This document shows, piece by piece, positions 18,051 through 29,000 of a stretch of 64,000 bases of DNA. Source of the DNA: an uncultured delta proteobacterium (GTDB taxonomy: Bacteria; Desulfobacterota; Desulfomonilia; Desulfomonilales; Desulfomonilaceae); contig CAWBKB010000004.1 in assembly GCA_963789265.1 (NCBI GenBank), forward strand, positions 160,001 to 224,000. Direction: 5' to 3'. Under the pieces are notes generated by a model. It did no database searches and was not told where the DNA came from. It saw only the letters and a list, made by a program, of their open reading frames with translations. How positions within the stretch are numbered: the stretch's first letter is position 1; each line of letters begins with the position of its first letter. The translations under genes and the position numbers were made by a program.

Positions 18051-20069
18051 ATGCACGCGTTCAAGGATCTCAGAGAGCGAATCAACGAACTGGAAGATCT
18101 GCTGGAGACCGCTGATCGAAAGGCGGACATCCTAACTAACCTCTTGAAGGAGGCCAATGCAGAATTCGAGCGCGCTCTGGAATTGGTCACCAGAACCGAG
18201 ACCAATTTTAGAGCGGTTTTTGAAAGCGCTCCGGAGGCAATCTACATAATCGACACGGAAACTTTGGAAATCGTCCACTGCAATCCCTTTATTATAAAGT
18301 GGTTAGGGTACAGCCGAGAAGAACTCCTGTCCATGAAAATGGATGACATAATAGTTGCTGACAATGCGGAGGTACACAATAACATCAGGAAGGCGTTGGA
18401 CAACGAGGTTGTGCATGTCCAGGAACGCAAGTACCGCAAGAAGGACGGAACCGTAGTAGATGCCGAAGTCACCGGCACCCTCGTGGAGTATGAGAGCAAG
18501 AAGTGTCTTGCAATCCTGGTAAGGGATATTGCCGAACGAAAACAGTTGGAAGAACTGTCCAGATACAAAGAACTCTTTGAAAGCGTCAGCGACCCGGTGT
18601 TCATAAACGACTTTCAGGGGCGCTTTCTCGAAGTAAATGAGGGCGCGTGCCAGGTCTTCGGCTATTCCCGAGACCAGCTTTTAAAGATGAGCGTGAAGGA
18701 CCTGACAAAACGGAATCAAATAGAAATCGTATCTGAGAACGGGAAGGTGATACAGAAAGGGTGGGCGGCAAGATTTGAAATGGAGTTGGTCCCACAAAAT
18801 GGGGAACCCATGCCATTTGAATTCCACGCGAGACCTATCACTTACAAGGGAAAACGGGCCACATTGAGCGTGGCTAGAGATCTGAGCCTCAGAAAGAAGC
18901 TGGAAGAAGCTCTGATAAGGACGGAGCGTCTCACAGCGGTTGGTGAAATGGCGAGCGGAATCGCCCACAACTTCAACAATCTTCTCCAAATGGTCATGGG
19001 CGCAGGCCAGGCTGCACTGGTGAAGCTGAACTCGGGCAAGGCGAGCCAGTGCCGAGAAGCAATCACCGCGATCCTGACTTCTTGCGAGCGTGGAGCGGAT
19101 GTCGTCAGAAGAATCAGGGAATTTACAGGTGTTAGGGGCGATGAGTTTGCGCAATCCCGAAACTTCGATCTAGCCGAACTGGTTCGGGAAGCGGTAGAAC
19201 TCACCAAGCCCCTTTGGAAAGATCTCCCTAGATCGCAGAAGTACCAGATAAACCTGATGAATACTAAGAAATCCTATGTGAAAGGAAAGCCTTCCGACAT
19301 ATATGAAGTGCTGGTCAATCTGATCAAAAACGCTGTTGAGGCTATGCCGGAGGGGGGCGTGCTCACCATTGGTACGCACACAGAAAAAGGGAAAGTTCGT
19401 CTCTACGTATCTGATACCGGCCATGGAATTCCCAAGAGCAATCTCCAGCGAATTTTTGAGCCTTTCTTCACCACAAAGGGGCTGAAAAGTAGCGGACTTG
19501 GCCTGTCGTCCAGCTATGGTATCATCAACAAGCATCAAGGAGAAATTCACGTTGAGAGCGCTGTCGGGCAGGGCACAACATTCTCGGTGATTCTTCCCGC
19601 TGCACGAGCTGCCAGGAAGAGAAGAATCGTCAACAAGAAAATAACGGCGGCAGCAGGCCCCAAGCTCAGATTCCTTATAATCGACGATGAGGTCAACATC
19701 TTGAAGGCCATCACCATGTTCTTTGAGGACTCGGAACTTGAAATCGCTACGGCTTCTTCCGGTGAAGAGGGGCTTAGGAAGTTTCAAGAGGAGGGCGCTG
19801 ACGCGATCCTTTGCGATCTCGGCATGGATGGCATGAACGGCTGGGAAGTAGGGGAATCCATAAAAAGCTTTTGCGAATCCAAAGGTATTCCCAAACCGCC
19901 TTTTCTCATCTACACAGGATGGGACACCAAAATCGAATCCAAAGAATTGCAGCAAAAAGGCGTGGATCGCGTCGTGACGAAACCTGTACCCTACGACCAA
20001 CTGCTGCGCATTGTCCGGAAAGAAGTTTCCGTAGGGAAAGAGCGCGCGAAGAAAGCGCTACACAATTGA
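18051..20069 (+). CDS. Hybrid histidine kinase (PAS-PAS-HisKA-HATPase-REC)
   Basis: IAHNFNN, NAVEAM, SDTGHGI, FEPFFTTK, GLGLS and a C-terminal receiver (IIDDE, CDLGM). Confidence 0.93.
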   Translation: MHAFKDLRERINELEDLLETADRKADILTNLLKEANAEFERALELVTRTETNFRAVFESAPEAIYIIDTETLEIVHCNPFIIKWLGYSREELLSMKMDDIIVADNAEVHNNIRKALDNEVVHVQERKYRKKDGTVVDAEVTGTLVEYESKKCLAILVRDIAERKQLEELSRYKELFESVSDPVFINDFQGRFLEVNEGACQVFGYSRDQLLKMSVKDLTKRNQIEIVSENGKVIQKGWAARFEMELVPQNGEPMPFEFHARPITYKGKRATLSVARDLSLRKKLEEALIRTERLTAVGEMASGIAHNFNNLLQMVMGAGQAALVKLNSGKASQCREAITAILTSCERGADVVRRIREFTGVRGDEFAQSRNFDLAELVREAVELTKPLWKDLPRSQKYQINLMNTKKSYVKGKPSDIYEVLVNLIKNAVEAMPEGGVLTIGTHTEKGKVRLYVSDTGHGIPKSNLQRIFEPFFTTKGLKSSGLGLSSSYGIINKHQGEIHVESAVGQGTTFSVILPAARAARKRRIVNKKITAAAGPKLRFLIIDDEVNILKAITMFFEDSELEIATASSGEEGLRKFQEEGADAILCDLGMDGMNGWEVGESIKSFCESKGIPKPPFLIYTGWDTKIESKELQQKGVDRVVTKPVPYDQLLRIVRKEVSVGKERAKKALHN

Positions 20070-20088
20070 ACCGTCAATGTTCCTGGGC

Positions 20089-20400
20089 TCATTTTCCCTT
20101 TTGAGTGATCATCTCCCAGAGCACAACCTCCGCCGGCTGCGCCAGGATTTCGCTTGACCGAGCGAAAAAATCCCTTAGGTAAGGCATGTTGAGGTGCTCG
20201 TCCAGTACCTTCTTGCTGGTCCAGTTCTCGTAAAGCATGAAGGTCCTCTTGTCATCGAGTGATTGGTGCAGGTCATAGTTGATGCAGCCCGGTTCTTTGC
20301 GGGTCGGCCCGACGAGGGCCATCACCGCTTCTCGGACCTGTTGCTCCATACCAGGCTTTGCTTTGATGGTCGCCAGAACGGTTACCGGATTATCAGCCAT
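20089..20400 (-). CDS. ABM-family (putative quinol monooxygenase) protein
   Basis: AKPG..TRKEPGCINYDLH..YENW..H motif. Confidence 0.88.
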   Translation of the reverse strand: MADNPVTVLATIKAKPGMEQQVREAVMALVGPTRKEPGCINYDLHQSLDDKRTFMLYENWTSKKVLDEHLNMPYLRDFFARSSEILAQPAEVVLWEMITQKGK

Positions 20401-20584
20401 TCTCCTCTCCTCCTATTTTCGTCCAGTCATCACATCCACCGTATGGTGGTTTAACCTTTTTGAGTCTCCGGCACAAGCCTTTGGCGGATGAGCTTACCCG
20501 ATAGCTGTTATCTTCACAAACCTCCCTTTTCCCGCCCCAATTCTCGCAAGTCCCACAAACCTGTTTGCTGGTGTCCAGATCCAT
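20393..20584 (-). CDS. Small Cys-containing hypothetical protein
   Basis: CGTCENW..C..C..C; overlaps the downstream gene, operonic. Confidence 0.6.
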   Translation of the reverse strand: MDLDTSKQVCGTCENWGGKREVCEDNSYRVSSSAKGLCRRLKKVKPPYGGCDDWTKIGGEENG

Positions 20585-20596
20585 GTGATAGCACTC

Positions 20597-20758
20597 CTAT
20601 GACGCCTTTTCAAAGAATTCCTTTCCCACTCCGCAGTTGGGACAGAACCACGAATCGGGGAGGTCCTCGAACGCAGTGCCCGGATTGATTCCGCGTTCGG
20701 GATCGCCCACAACGGGATCGTAAATGTGGCCGCACGCGGTGCATTCCCATTTTGCCAC
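20597..20758 (-). CDS. Rubredoxin
   Basis: [32 protein letters not shown] start after RBS AAGGAG. Confidence 0.95.
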   Translation of the reverse strand: MAKWECTACGHIYDPVVGDPERGINPGTAFEDLPDSWFCPNCGVGKEFFEKAS

Positions 20759-20797
20759 GACATAATCTCCTTCGATTGCGCGGTACAAGCCGCGAAT

Positions 20798-21481
20798 TTA
20801 CTCCTTCAGCCCCAGGACTCTCAAAAACCGTCCCATGCCTTCCTTTTTCAAAATAACCCCTAGTCTCATATTTCTGGTCGAATGTCTGAGGGATGCGCCG
20901 CGATAGTATTTGAGGATCGCCTCCGTCAAATCCAATACCTGGTCGTCGCTCATATTCCGGGCGATGACTTCACCGAGCATCGGATCTTTGCCGCCTGCGC
21001 CGCCCGCCATTATGATCCATCCCTTCGGAAGCCCGATGAGCCCGATGTCTTTGATCGCCGGCTCCACGCAGGAATTGTAGCACCCCGCAATGCCGATCTT
21101 CACTTTCGCGGTTATTTTCGGGAATGGGTGAAAGCGCTCGATCAGCTTTTGTGCGAACGACACCGTGTCGCGCTGGCCACGCGTGCAGAATGAATTTCCC
21201 GGGCAGACTTTCACGTACTGCTGGCAAAGGGCGGCTCCGACCTGTGGCTTTACGCCCAGAGCATCATAAAGTTTGTCAATGTCCACTTCCTTGACGCCCA
21301 AGAGTGCCAAGCGCTGGGCTCCCGTCAATTTGAGGGTTTTCACTCCGAAGGATTCGCAAGCCTCAACGATTCTTCTCGCGGTGCCCGGATCCATGATCCC
21401 ACCTATAAGCGGAGCCATGATAGCGTAGCTCTGGCAGTCTTTTTGAAGAATTGCGGCTTTGGATAAGATATCGTCAGCCAT
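20798..21481 (-). CDS. Small siroheme/[4Fe-4S] sulfite/nitrite reductase-like protein (paralog 2)
   Basis: AILQKD, KLTGAQR, CPGNSFC, GCYNSC and GGAGG. Confidence 0.85.
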   Translation of the reverse strand: MADDILSKAAILQKDCQSYAIMAPLIGGIMDPGTARRIVEACESFGVKTLKLTGAQRLALLGVKEVDIDKLYDALGVKPQVGAALCQQYVKVCPGNSFCTRGQRDTVSFAQKLIERFHPFPKITAKVKIGIAGCYNSCVEPAIKDIGLIGLPKGWIIMAGGAGGKDPMLGEVIARNMSDDQVLDLTEAILKYYRGASLRHSTRNMRLGVILKKEGMGRFLRVLGLKE

Positions 21482-21496
21482 TCTTGCCTCACAGTG

Positions 21497-22165
21497 CTAG
21501 ATCCGGATAGCTTTCTTGAATTCATCCAGGCCAATTTTGTCTATCACCCTGCCAAGGCGCACTTTATGGGCCCAGGCGCAACCTTCAAAAAAATGTATGA
21601 TTTTGGCCACGCTGGACTCCGCTTCCGCGTCGGTAAGACCCTCAGCGAGGACGTCTCCGAACCTGGGTTTTGCCCCACAGGTCCCCCCTGCGGTGAGAGT
21701 CCACCCCTCAGCCGTCCCCTTCAGGCCGATTTCTTTGACCGAAGGTGCAGCACAGCCATACTCACACCCTGCAACGCCGATCTTGAATTTAGCCGGCATA
21801 GGATAGCCGTGATACAGGCTATCCAATTTCAAACCCATGCCCATAGCATCTTGTTTCCCATGCCTACAGTATGTAGTTCCTGGGCAAAATTTGACCATAC
21901 GCACATAAAGGCCGATAGCGTAGCCGATACTCATCTCGAGGTCATGCCATACCGAGTCCAAATCCTCCTCTTTGAGCCCTATGATGGCGATGCGCTGGCC
22001 TGACGTCAGTTTGAGAGCCGAAGCGCCGTATTTCTCAGCAACCTCCACTATCTTCCTGAACGCGACCACATCCAGAAAGCCTCCGGGAACGTGAGGGGCA
22101 ATGGCATAGGTCTCTCTGTCCTGTTGCAGGATTGCTCCACTTTTCTCCAAAATGTCGGCTTTCAT
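21497..22165 (-). CDS. Small siroheme/[4Fe-4S] sulfite/nitrite reductase-like protein (paralog 1)
   Basis: GAILQQDRETYAIAPH, KLTSGQRI, CPGTTYC and GCEYGC. Confidence 0.88.
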   Translation of the reverse strand: MKADILEKSGAILQQDRETYAIAPHVPGGFLDVVAFRKIVEVAEKYGASALKLTSGQRIAIIGLKEEDLDSVWHDLEMSIGYAIGLYVRMVKFCPGTTYCRHGKQDAMGMGLKLDSLYHGYPMPAKFKIGVAGCEYGCAAPSVKEIGLKGTAEGWTLTAGGTCGAKPRFGDVLAEGLTDAEAESSVAKIIHFFEGCAWAHKVRLGRVIDKIGLDEFKKAIRI

Positions 22166-22205
22166 TCTGCACCTACCACGCACTTGACTACCGGCTGTTC
22201 GGACG

Positions 22206-22481
22206 CTATACCTCTGCGCTGGTGGGATCGATGATCCGTTTCACCTCAGATACACGATTCGCAGGGAATCCCCCCTCTTGAGCGTGCTTTTTAATCAGCT
22301 CCGCATTGGGTGAAATGTACACGCAGTAGATTTTGTCATCGGTGACATAACTTTCTACCCACTGGATCTGAGGCCCCAGTTTTTCCAGGACGTCGCGGGA
22401 TTTTTGCGAAATGGCCTGAATCTGGTCTCCGGAAAGACTTCCGGCACCCGGCAGTTCCCGCTCGATAACATACTTCGGCAT
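22206..22481 (-). CDS. DUF4242-family protein
   Basis: MPKYVIERELPG..QWVESYV..DKIYCVY..HA..GGFPANRVSEV. Confidence 0.8.
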   Translation of the reverse strand: MPKYVIERELPGAGSLSGDQIQAISQKSRDVLEKLGPQIQWVESYVTDDKIYCVYISPNAELIKKHAQEGGFPANRVSEVKRIIDPTSAEV

Positions 22482-22605
22482 AGTCAATACCTCCTGTTTT
22501 TTTTGGATTGTTGCAGTTTCAACCCGCCGCCGACTATCGAACACACTCTCAAGATTTCACATTCCCACGGGATTTTTGAGTCGCCCTCCTGCCTGTCCTG
22601 ACATG

Positions 22606-23094
22606 TCATTCCTCGCCTAGGGCGGTTTTGACCAATTCAGGCAAGCGGTCAGCGTTCTCTATCAGTTTCAGATACGTCTCTTTGGACAATTCTTCGTAGG
22701 TCAACGCACCAGTAGGGCAAACCTTGACGCATGTAGGGTCACCGTCACAAAGGTCGCATTTCAAGACACGCCCGTTGTCCCGGTCAACAAACGTAGCTCC
22801 GAAAGGGCATGCAGATACACAGCTCAAGCAACCGATGCAGCGATAGGGGTCCACGGCCATAGCTCCAGTAGAATAATTGCGATAGGTTGCGCGCTTGGGG
22901 CAAACCATCTCACAGGAGGGTTCCTGACATCTCATGCAATTGATCGGGACAAAAATACCTTCTCGTTCCCATTTCACCACATGTATCCGCCCCTTGGACG
23001 GACACGAGTACCCTTCATGCTTCAGCGAACAATACGCTTCGCAAGTTCTGCATCCCGAGCACTTACGGGCGTCAACAATCAACGTCTTAATCAT
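22606..23094 (-). CDS. Multi-[4Fe-4S] electron-transfer subunit (CooF/DmsB-like)
   Basis: CSGCRTCEAYC, CMRC..PSC..VCP, CIGCLSCVSACP and KCDLC..C..CP. Confidence 0.88.
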   Translation of the reverse strand: MIKTLIVDARKCSGCRTCEAYCSLKHEGYSCPSKGRIHVVKWEREGIFVPINCMRCQEPSCEMVCPKRATYRNYSTGAMAVDPYRCIGCLSCVSACPFGATFVDRDNGRVLKCDLCDGDPTCVKVCPTGALTYEELSKETYLKLIENADRLPELVKTALGEE

Positions 23095-23170
23095 GAGATT
23101 CTTCCTTCGCCGGTTCCGATGGCCACGGTCGCCTGCCATCAAAGTGGATTCGCAATAACCGTCACATATA

Positions 23171-23337
23171 GCGATTCTCAAAAGTAATCACGAAAAGAGA
23201 AAATGGCTTGGTGGCGACGCCCCGCACGGAACGCGGAGTTGCCCGTCATCCCAATAGACAGGCTGGAAGCCTGTCCCACCAATCCGAATTAGATGCCGAG
23301 ACTCATTGCGTATCACGACAATACTTTTGAGAATCGC
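23171..23337. mobile_element. MITE-like element (family C), copy 1
   Basis: Perfect 16-bp TIR GCGATTCTCAAAAGTA / TACTTTTGAGAATCGC; internal GACAGGCTGGAAGCCTGTC; second copy at 53772-53925. Confidence 0.75.
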
Positions 23338-23346
23338 CATACGTCC

Positions 23347-24648
23347 TCAAAACGGCAGCAGCCCCAACTCGATGCGGCTTTTCGCTTCTTCGCGTCCGAG
23401 ATTGCGAACTGAAGCTTCCTCAACCGCTTTCCTTACGATAAAACAGCGCAACGAGTTGTTCTCAGCGGAGCTGTCAAGAATCTCAATGTGAGTTACCATT
23501 GCATTTGGGTCTGTCTCGTAGCGGTGAGCAATAAGCCCCTGTGGAGACTCGAGAGTCGCGTAACCCACGACATCCGATGCTGAAGGCAAGTTGCGAATAG
23601 CCGGTCCGGTGAGTTTCTCATTAGAGCACAGTTCGACCAGCTTCTCGGCCGCCTGAATCGCCTCCACCACCAGTGACCAATAGGCCGCAGCCACACTAAA
23701 ATGAGGAGTCGGGCCAATGGTCTCGGTGAGCAATCGTCTTTCTTCTTCAGCGTGAGGATATTGAAGCTCATTTCCAGTGTTCAACCTCGCGAGAGCGCCG
23801 ACAAAATACAGGCTGTCCGAGCTTTCCGGTTCAGAAGCACTCCAGCCTTTTTCCTTCAGGAACGCGAAAGGTTCGTAGGACCATGTTTCCCGATGGAGTC
23901 CGATTTTCTCGAAAATCTTGTCAGGGATGATCTGATCCACCTCTTTGCCTTCCGGATCTCTTACAATCACTTTTCCGTTGCCCATAGTGATAGAAGGCAT
24001 GGGGTGGAACCGGAATTCCAGGAGATCGTCCATCATTCCGGATCCTCGAAAAATGCTTTCTCGCAAGAGTTTGGCTAGTTGACTCAAAATTAGTACGCAC
24101 TGGTGAGAAATCTCGGAGAGTCGAGGATAGTGAGAGTCCTTCAAGAACCGGCTCACACCGCCCGGCACGGCTGAAAGCGGATGGTCCGCTCGTCCCCCGA
24201 GTATCGCGGCAGCTTCTTGGGCCAAGGCTACGCAACTCATAATTTCATCAAAAAGTTGATACGGAAAGTGCGTGCGGCTTTCCGAAGCATCCCACATGGG
24301 GTAACTCTTGAACGGGTTGACCTCGGATGTAAGGAGGAAATATAGTTTCCGCAGATGATGCCGTATAAATTGCGCCTGCAGAAATGCTTCTCTGATGATT
24401 ACAGCCGGTTCGGGCGGCTCTACGTTGAAAAGCCTGTCCAGGGCCATTGCCGAGACCAAATGATGGGCCGGCGACAGGATGCCGAGGATGCGCGGCAGTT
24501 CTTCCACGGGCCTGCCCGCGGCCATGCCGCATATATCTCTCAGGTTCGTTATCTGAAAGTAAGCCTTTGTGAGTCCGTTCTCATTGACGATCGCCACGCG
24601 AGCGGGCCGCTCCTGCCATCTTAATGGCTCGAGGATAGTCGTCGGCAT
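23347..24648 (-). CDS. MvhA-like [NiFe]-hydrogenase large-subunit homolog lacking the Ni-binding cysteines
   Basis: GRPVEELPRI, VPGG, VGALARLN and ESPQGLIAHRY are retained. RxCGxC reads RILGILS and the C-terminal DPCxxC is absent. Confidence 0.8.
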   Translation of the reverse strand: MPTTILEPLRWQERPARVAIVNENGLTKAYFQITNLRDICGMAAGRPVEELPRILGILSPAHHLVSAMALDRLFNVEPPEPAVIIREAFLQAQFIRHHLRKLYFLLTSEVNPFKSYPMWDASESRTHFPYQLFDEIMSCVALAQEAAAILGGRADHPLSAVPGGVSRFLKDSHYPRLSEISHQCVLILSQLAKLLRESIFRGSGMMDDLLEFRFHPMPSITMGNGKVIVRDPEGKEVDQIIPDKIFEKIGLHRETWSYEPFAFLKEKGWSASEPESSDSLYFVGALARLNTGNELQYPHAEEERRLLTETIGPTPHFSVAAAYWSLVVEAIQAAEKLVELCSNEKLTGPAIRNLPSASDVVGYATLESPQGLIAHRYETDPNAMVTHIEILDSSAENNSLRCFIVRKAVEEASVRNLGREEAKSRIELGLLPF

Positions 24649-24652
24649 TACT

Positions 24653-25624
24653 TCATTCCTCCGTTGGAGCCGGCATCAGGACACACTGCGCGGGTAGGGT
24701 GTATCTATAGAAGGTTCCGGAAAGATCGACGAAATTGCTGGAAAGCTCCTCAATCTCCGCTGCAATCGTAGAGTCGAAAGTGGAGCTAATGGCAGACACC
24801 ATTTTCGCACCTGCATCCAAAACTGCTTCAGCCTTCCCGAAGCATCCTCTGCAGCCCGCACCAATTGCCGTGCACAGCCCTCCACATCCTTCGCGTGTGG
24901 CAAGCCCTTGACATATCAGGCCCTGTTCCAGGAGACATCGACCCGTGTCAGGAGCGATCTGATACGATCTTCTAAATTCGGAAAATTTCTTTTCCTCTTT
25001 CACCCGGGAACAACTCGCACAGACGGCCTTTTCACCGGCAAATGTGGTTCCGAGCGGCGGCATAGTGCCCGATGTAACGCTCAAGCTGATGGATTCAGAC
25101 AACCTTGAGGCGGCATAAGTGATTCGGGCCCCGGATTCTCCCTGGCATACAAGGGATTGCAGCGCGGCCCAGAGAAGGTTTTGAGTGGGCGGACATCCGG
25201 GGACAAAGTAATCTACCGGCACCACAGCGTCTAGACTGGAAACCCTTGATTCAATGCGCGGGAGACCGGGAGCCTCTTGCGTAGTCGCGGGCGGCTCGGA
25301 GGACTGCGGAGGAGCCAAATTGGCCAGACCGGGCAGCCCACCGAATGCGGCACATGATCCACAGGCCACCAGGATTTTCGATTTCTCACGAAGTCTGAGT
25401 AATGCCTCGCGATCTGCTTCAGTTCCGATTGCGCCGGCGAACAGAGCAACGTCCACCATAGGTCCGCTTTTGAGATCTTCCCAACGAGATGCCAGCACAA
25501 ACGGCCAGAACGAGAATTCAGCCCAGCGAGTTAGTGACGTGACCTGATAATGGATGTCCAGTATTGCGTTTTCACAGGCTGAGCAACCGGTCGCGGTGAA
25601 AGCGGCTAATTTCTTCTTAGGCAA
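24653..25624 (-). CDS. mvhG: MvhG-like hydrogenase small subunit
   Basis: CSAC, ACGSCA..GG, PGCPP, CASC, CLLEQG..CQG, CGGLC and CRGCFG; TTG start after AAGGAG. Confidence 0.8.
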   Translation of the reverse strand: MPKKKLAAFTATGCSACENAILDIHYQVTSLTRWAEFSFWPFVLASRWEDLKSGPMVDVALFAGAIGTEADREALLRLREKSKILVACGSCAAFGGLPGLANLAPPQSSEPPATTQEAPGLPRIESRVSSLDAVVPVDYFVPGCPPTQNLLWAALQSLVCQGESGARITYAASRLSESISLSVTSGTMPPLGTTFAGEKAVCASCSRVKEEKKFSEFRRSYQIAPDTGRCLLEQGLICQGLATREGCGGLCTAIGAGCRGCFGKAEAVLDAGAKMVSAISSTFDSTIAAEIEELSSNFVDLSGTFYRYTLPAQCVLMPAPTEE

Positions 25625-26060
25625 TTCGGGCCACTCCTTTCGCCGCTTTTGCCTTTGGGGAAACATACGGGCCTAACGCTCGAACCTCTTCGATCATCTC
25701 ATTGATGAATTTGGCATAGTGAGGCGATTCAGATGCGGCAATCCATTCCAAGCGGAAACGTTTCTCTTCCACTCCCAACTCGGAAAGTAGTTTTTTAAGG
25801 AGAAACGACCGGCGGAGAGCCTTGATATTGCCCGCCAGGTAGTGACAATCGCCGGGATGACATCCGGCGATCAGCACGCCATCGGCTCCCGAAGCGAATG
25901 CTTTGAGCACGTAGTTTGGGTCTACCATTCCCGAGCAGAATACCCGGATAATCCTGAAGTTCGCTTTTTGCACAAAGCGGGCTACACCCGCAGCATCTGC
26001 CGCAACGTACGAGCACCAGTTGCAAAGAAATGCGATAATTTTCGGCTCAAAATCGTTCAT
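25617..26060 (-). CDS. mvhD: MvhD [2Fe-2S] subunit
   Basis: FEPKIIAFLCNWCSY, RVFCSG and GCHPGDCHY. Confidence 0.95.
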   Translation of the reverse strand: MNDFEPKIIAFLCNWCSYVAADAAGVARFVQKANFRIIRVFCSGMVDPNYVLKAFASGADGVLIAGCHPGDCHYLAGNIKALRRSFLLKKLLSELGVEEKRFRLEWIAASESPHYAKFINEMIEEVRALGPYVSPKAKAAKGVARIA

Positions 26061-29000
26061 CCCAAAATCCCCTCAATCTGGGCAAATATCTGTTCGGGGG
26101 TGTAGTGCCTGACCTTGATGGCCGCCATAGGGCAGGCAGCCGCGCACGTCCCACATCCCTGGCATAGCGCATCGTTGATAGAGGCAACCTTCTGCCGTTC
26201 GTCAAATGAAATCGCATTGTATGCGCACAAGCCTGCGCATGTCTTACAGCCTGTACACAGGCGTTCGTCCAGGCGGGCAACGGTGGGATCGATTTCAACC
26301 TGCCCGATGCTGAACAGGGTCAGCGCTTCAGCCGCGGCAGCGCCGCCCTGAGCAACAGACTCGGGGATGTCCTTGGGGCCTTGAGCCCCTCCTGCAAGAA
26401 AGATTCCTGCCAATGAAGTTTGAGCAGGCCCCAGCTTTGGGTGCAATTCCATAAAGAAACCGTACCTGTCAGTGGAGAGGTTCAGTGCTCGAGCCACTGT
26501 CGTATAGTCTCGCTGAGGAGTTAGGCCGGTTGCCAGGACCACAAGATCCGCCTCGATTTCTACCGGGGCACCGGCGAGACTGTCCTCTCCCCGAACCACC
26601 AGGCGGTCGCGTTCTCGAAAAACCCTGGCGACTCTTCCCCGGATATACTGGGCCCGTTCCTCCTCGATCGCACGTCGAAGGAACTCCTCGTATCCTTTGC
26701 CTCCCGCCCGGTTGTCTATGTAGAATACATAGGCCTGCCCTTGAGGATTGTGGTGCTTGAAGATGCTGAGCTGCTTGGCGCTGATCATGCAGCACACCTT
26801 TGAACAGTATTCGTTTCCTTTGGCCCGATCCCGTGAACCTACGCACTGTATGAAGACCACACTGTTGGGAACCTTTCCGTCGCTGGGCCTGAGAATTTTG
26901 CCGCCAGTGGGGCCGGAAGCGTTGCAAAGGCGTTCGAACTGGAGATTTGTGATCACGTCGGGGTATTTGCCGTGGCCGTATTCGGGGTATCGGCCGGCAT
27001 CAAAGACGTCGACGCCGGTTGCCACCATGATGGCCCCCACTTCCAGTTCGCGGATTCGTTCCTTCTCGTTGAGGTTAATGGCTTGGGGTCCACATTTGCG
27101 GACGCATTCACCACACTGGCAGCAAAGACCGCACCAAAGACAACGTTGACCTTCCTGCTTCGCAATTTCCTCAGTGAACCCCAATTCTATCTGGTCAAAC
27201 GAGGTCACACGTGTTTCAGGTGGAAGCATCGGCATTGCATGGCGCCCGATCCGTTTGGCGCGATTTCTCTCAGCCTCGTTGAGTTCCTTGTCCACCGGCC
27301 TTTCTTTGGGCTCCACTTCTCTGAGCCCGCCGAACTCCAAGTAATTGTGAATCGAAATGGCTGCTTGTCGCCCGTGGGCTACCGCTTGAACGAATGTAGC
27401 GGGCCCGAGTGTGCAGTCACCACCTGCAAAGACGCCCGGACGAGTAGTGGCCAGGGTCTCCGGATCGGTGAGGATCCTACCGCCGGGCGCTAACTGGAGG
27501 TCCAGATTGCCTACGGCCTGCCCCTCGGAGGCCTGGCCGATAGCCAAGAAGACAGCATCGCAAGATACCTCGATCATCTCGTTTTCATCAAACTTGGGGC
27601 TAAATACTCCGTTCTCGTCAAATACCGCAGTACAACGCTTGAACTCCACAGCCCGGATCGCGCCGGCTTCGCCCGTGAATCTTTTTGGGCCCCATGAATT
27701 GTGAATGAACAAGCCTTCTTCGTATGCCTCGGAAATTTCTCGTTCCGCAGCGGGCATTTCATCTTTAGCTTCCAGGCATATCAGATCCACGCGCTCTGCA
27801 CCCAGGCGAATCGCTGTCCGGGCCACGTCTATCGCTACGTTACCGCCCCCAATGACGACCACCTGTTTCCCCATGTTGACATTTTCTTTAAAAGCGACCT
27901 TTCGCAGCAGGTCAATGCCGCCCATGATCCCGTCGAGGTCTTCCCCCTCAATGCCCAACCCGCGGCTTACATGCAGGCCGGTAGACAGAAAGACTGCCTG
28001 ATAGCCTTGATCTTCAAGACCCTCAAGCGTGATGTCCCGGCCGAAGGTCATGCCGGTGCGGAATGCAACTCCCATTGCACGGATGTTTTCTAACTCTCCA
28101 TCGATGATGTCGCGGGCCAATCGGTAGTCCGGGATTCCCACAGTCAGCATTCCGCCGAGGACTGAGAGTTTCTCGAAAACCGTGACCTCATAGCCCTCAA
28201 TTGCCAGGTAATAAGACGCGGACAAGCCGGCGGGACCGGAACCCACCACAGCAACCTTTTTTCCGCGAGACTCCTTCATCGGCGGATTTGAGTGTAATCC
28301 GTGCTCGCGTTCGTAATCTCCCAGGAAACGCTTGGTGTAGCAGATTGCCGACGGTGCATCCAATTGCCCTCTCTTGCAAGCGCTTTCGCAAGGACGCACG
28401 CAGATACGGCCGCAAATCGAAGCAAATGGCATGCGTTCCCGAACCAGGGCAAGAGCTTCTGCGAATTTGCCTGCTCCAGTCAGAGTCATGTAACCTTGGA
28501 CGTTCACCCCTGCCGGACAAGCCGCCTGGCATGGGGGCATTCCTTCCCGCATGATGGAAAAAGTGTTGGGTATGGCCTGCGGGAAAGGGCGGCTTATGGG
28601 GTGGCGGGTTGTCATGCCCAGTTCGAATGGGCTGGGTATATCAATCGGGCATGCCTGCTGGCAGTCTCCACAGCCGGTGCATTTGTCGAGTCTTACGTAC
28701 CTAGGTTTCTGCCGGACTCGAACTTTGAAGTTGCCCACAAATCCGCTCAAATCCATGATCTGAGATTTGGTCAAAATCTCAATATTGGGATGTCTCCCAA
28801 CCTCACTGGTCTTGGGAGTCAGGATGCATCCGGAGCAGTCAAGGGTGGGAAAGGTTTTGTCAAACTGGGCCATCTTCCCGCCGATGATTTCTTCTCTTTC
28901 TACAAGGTAAACCTGGTAACCCGCGTTGGCGATCTTCAGAGCGGCGGTAATCCCGGCAATGCCGCCACCAACAATCATGGCTTTGGGATTCACCGACTTT

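Noticed and set aside
19170..20000. Long antisense ORFs (also 4714-5448, 28301-29095, 43078-43929, 50802-51467)
   Set aside because: Shadows of well-supported genes on the opposite strand, with no recognisable motifs.
23347..26060. Functional group 3c [NiFe]-hydrogenase
   Set aside because: The large subunit lacks both Ni-binding CxxC motifs, and no maturation protease or hyp genes are in the window.
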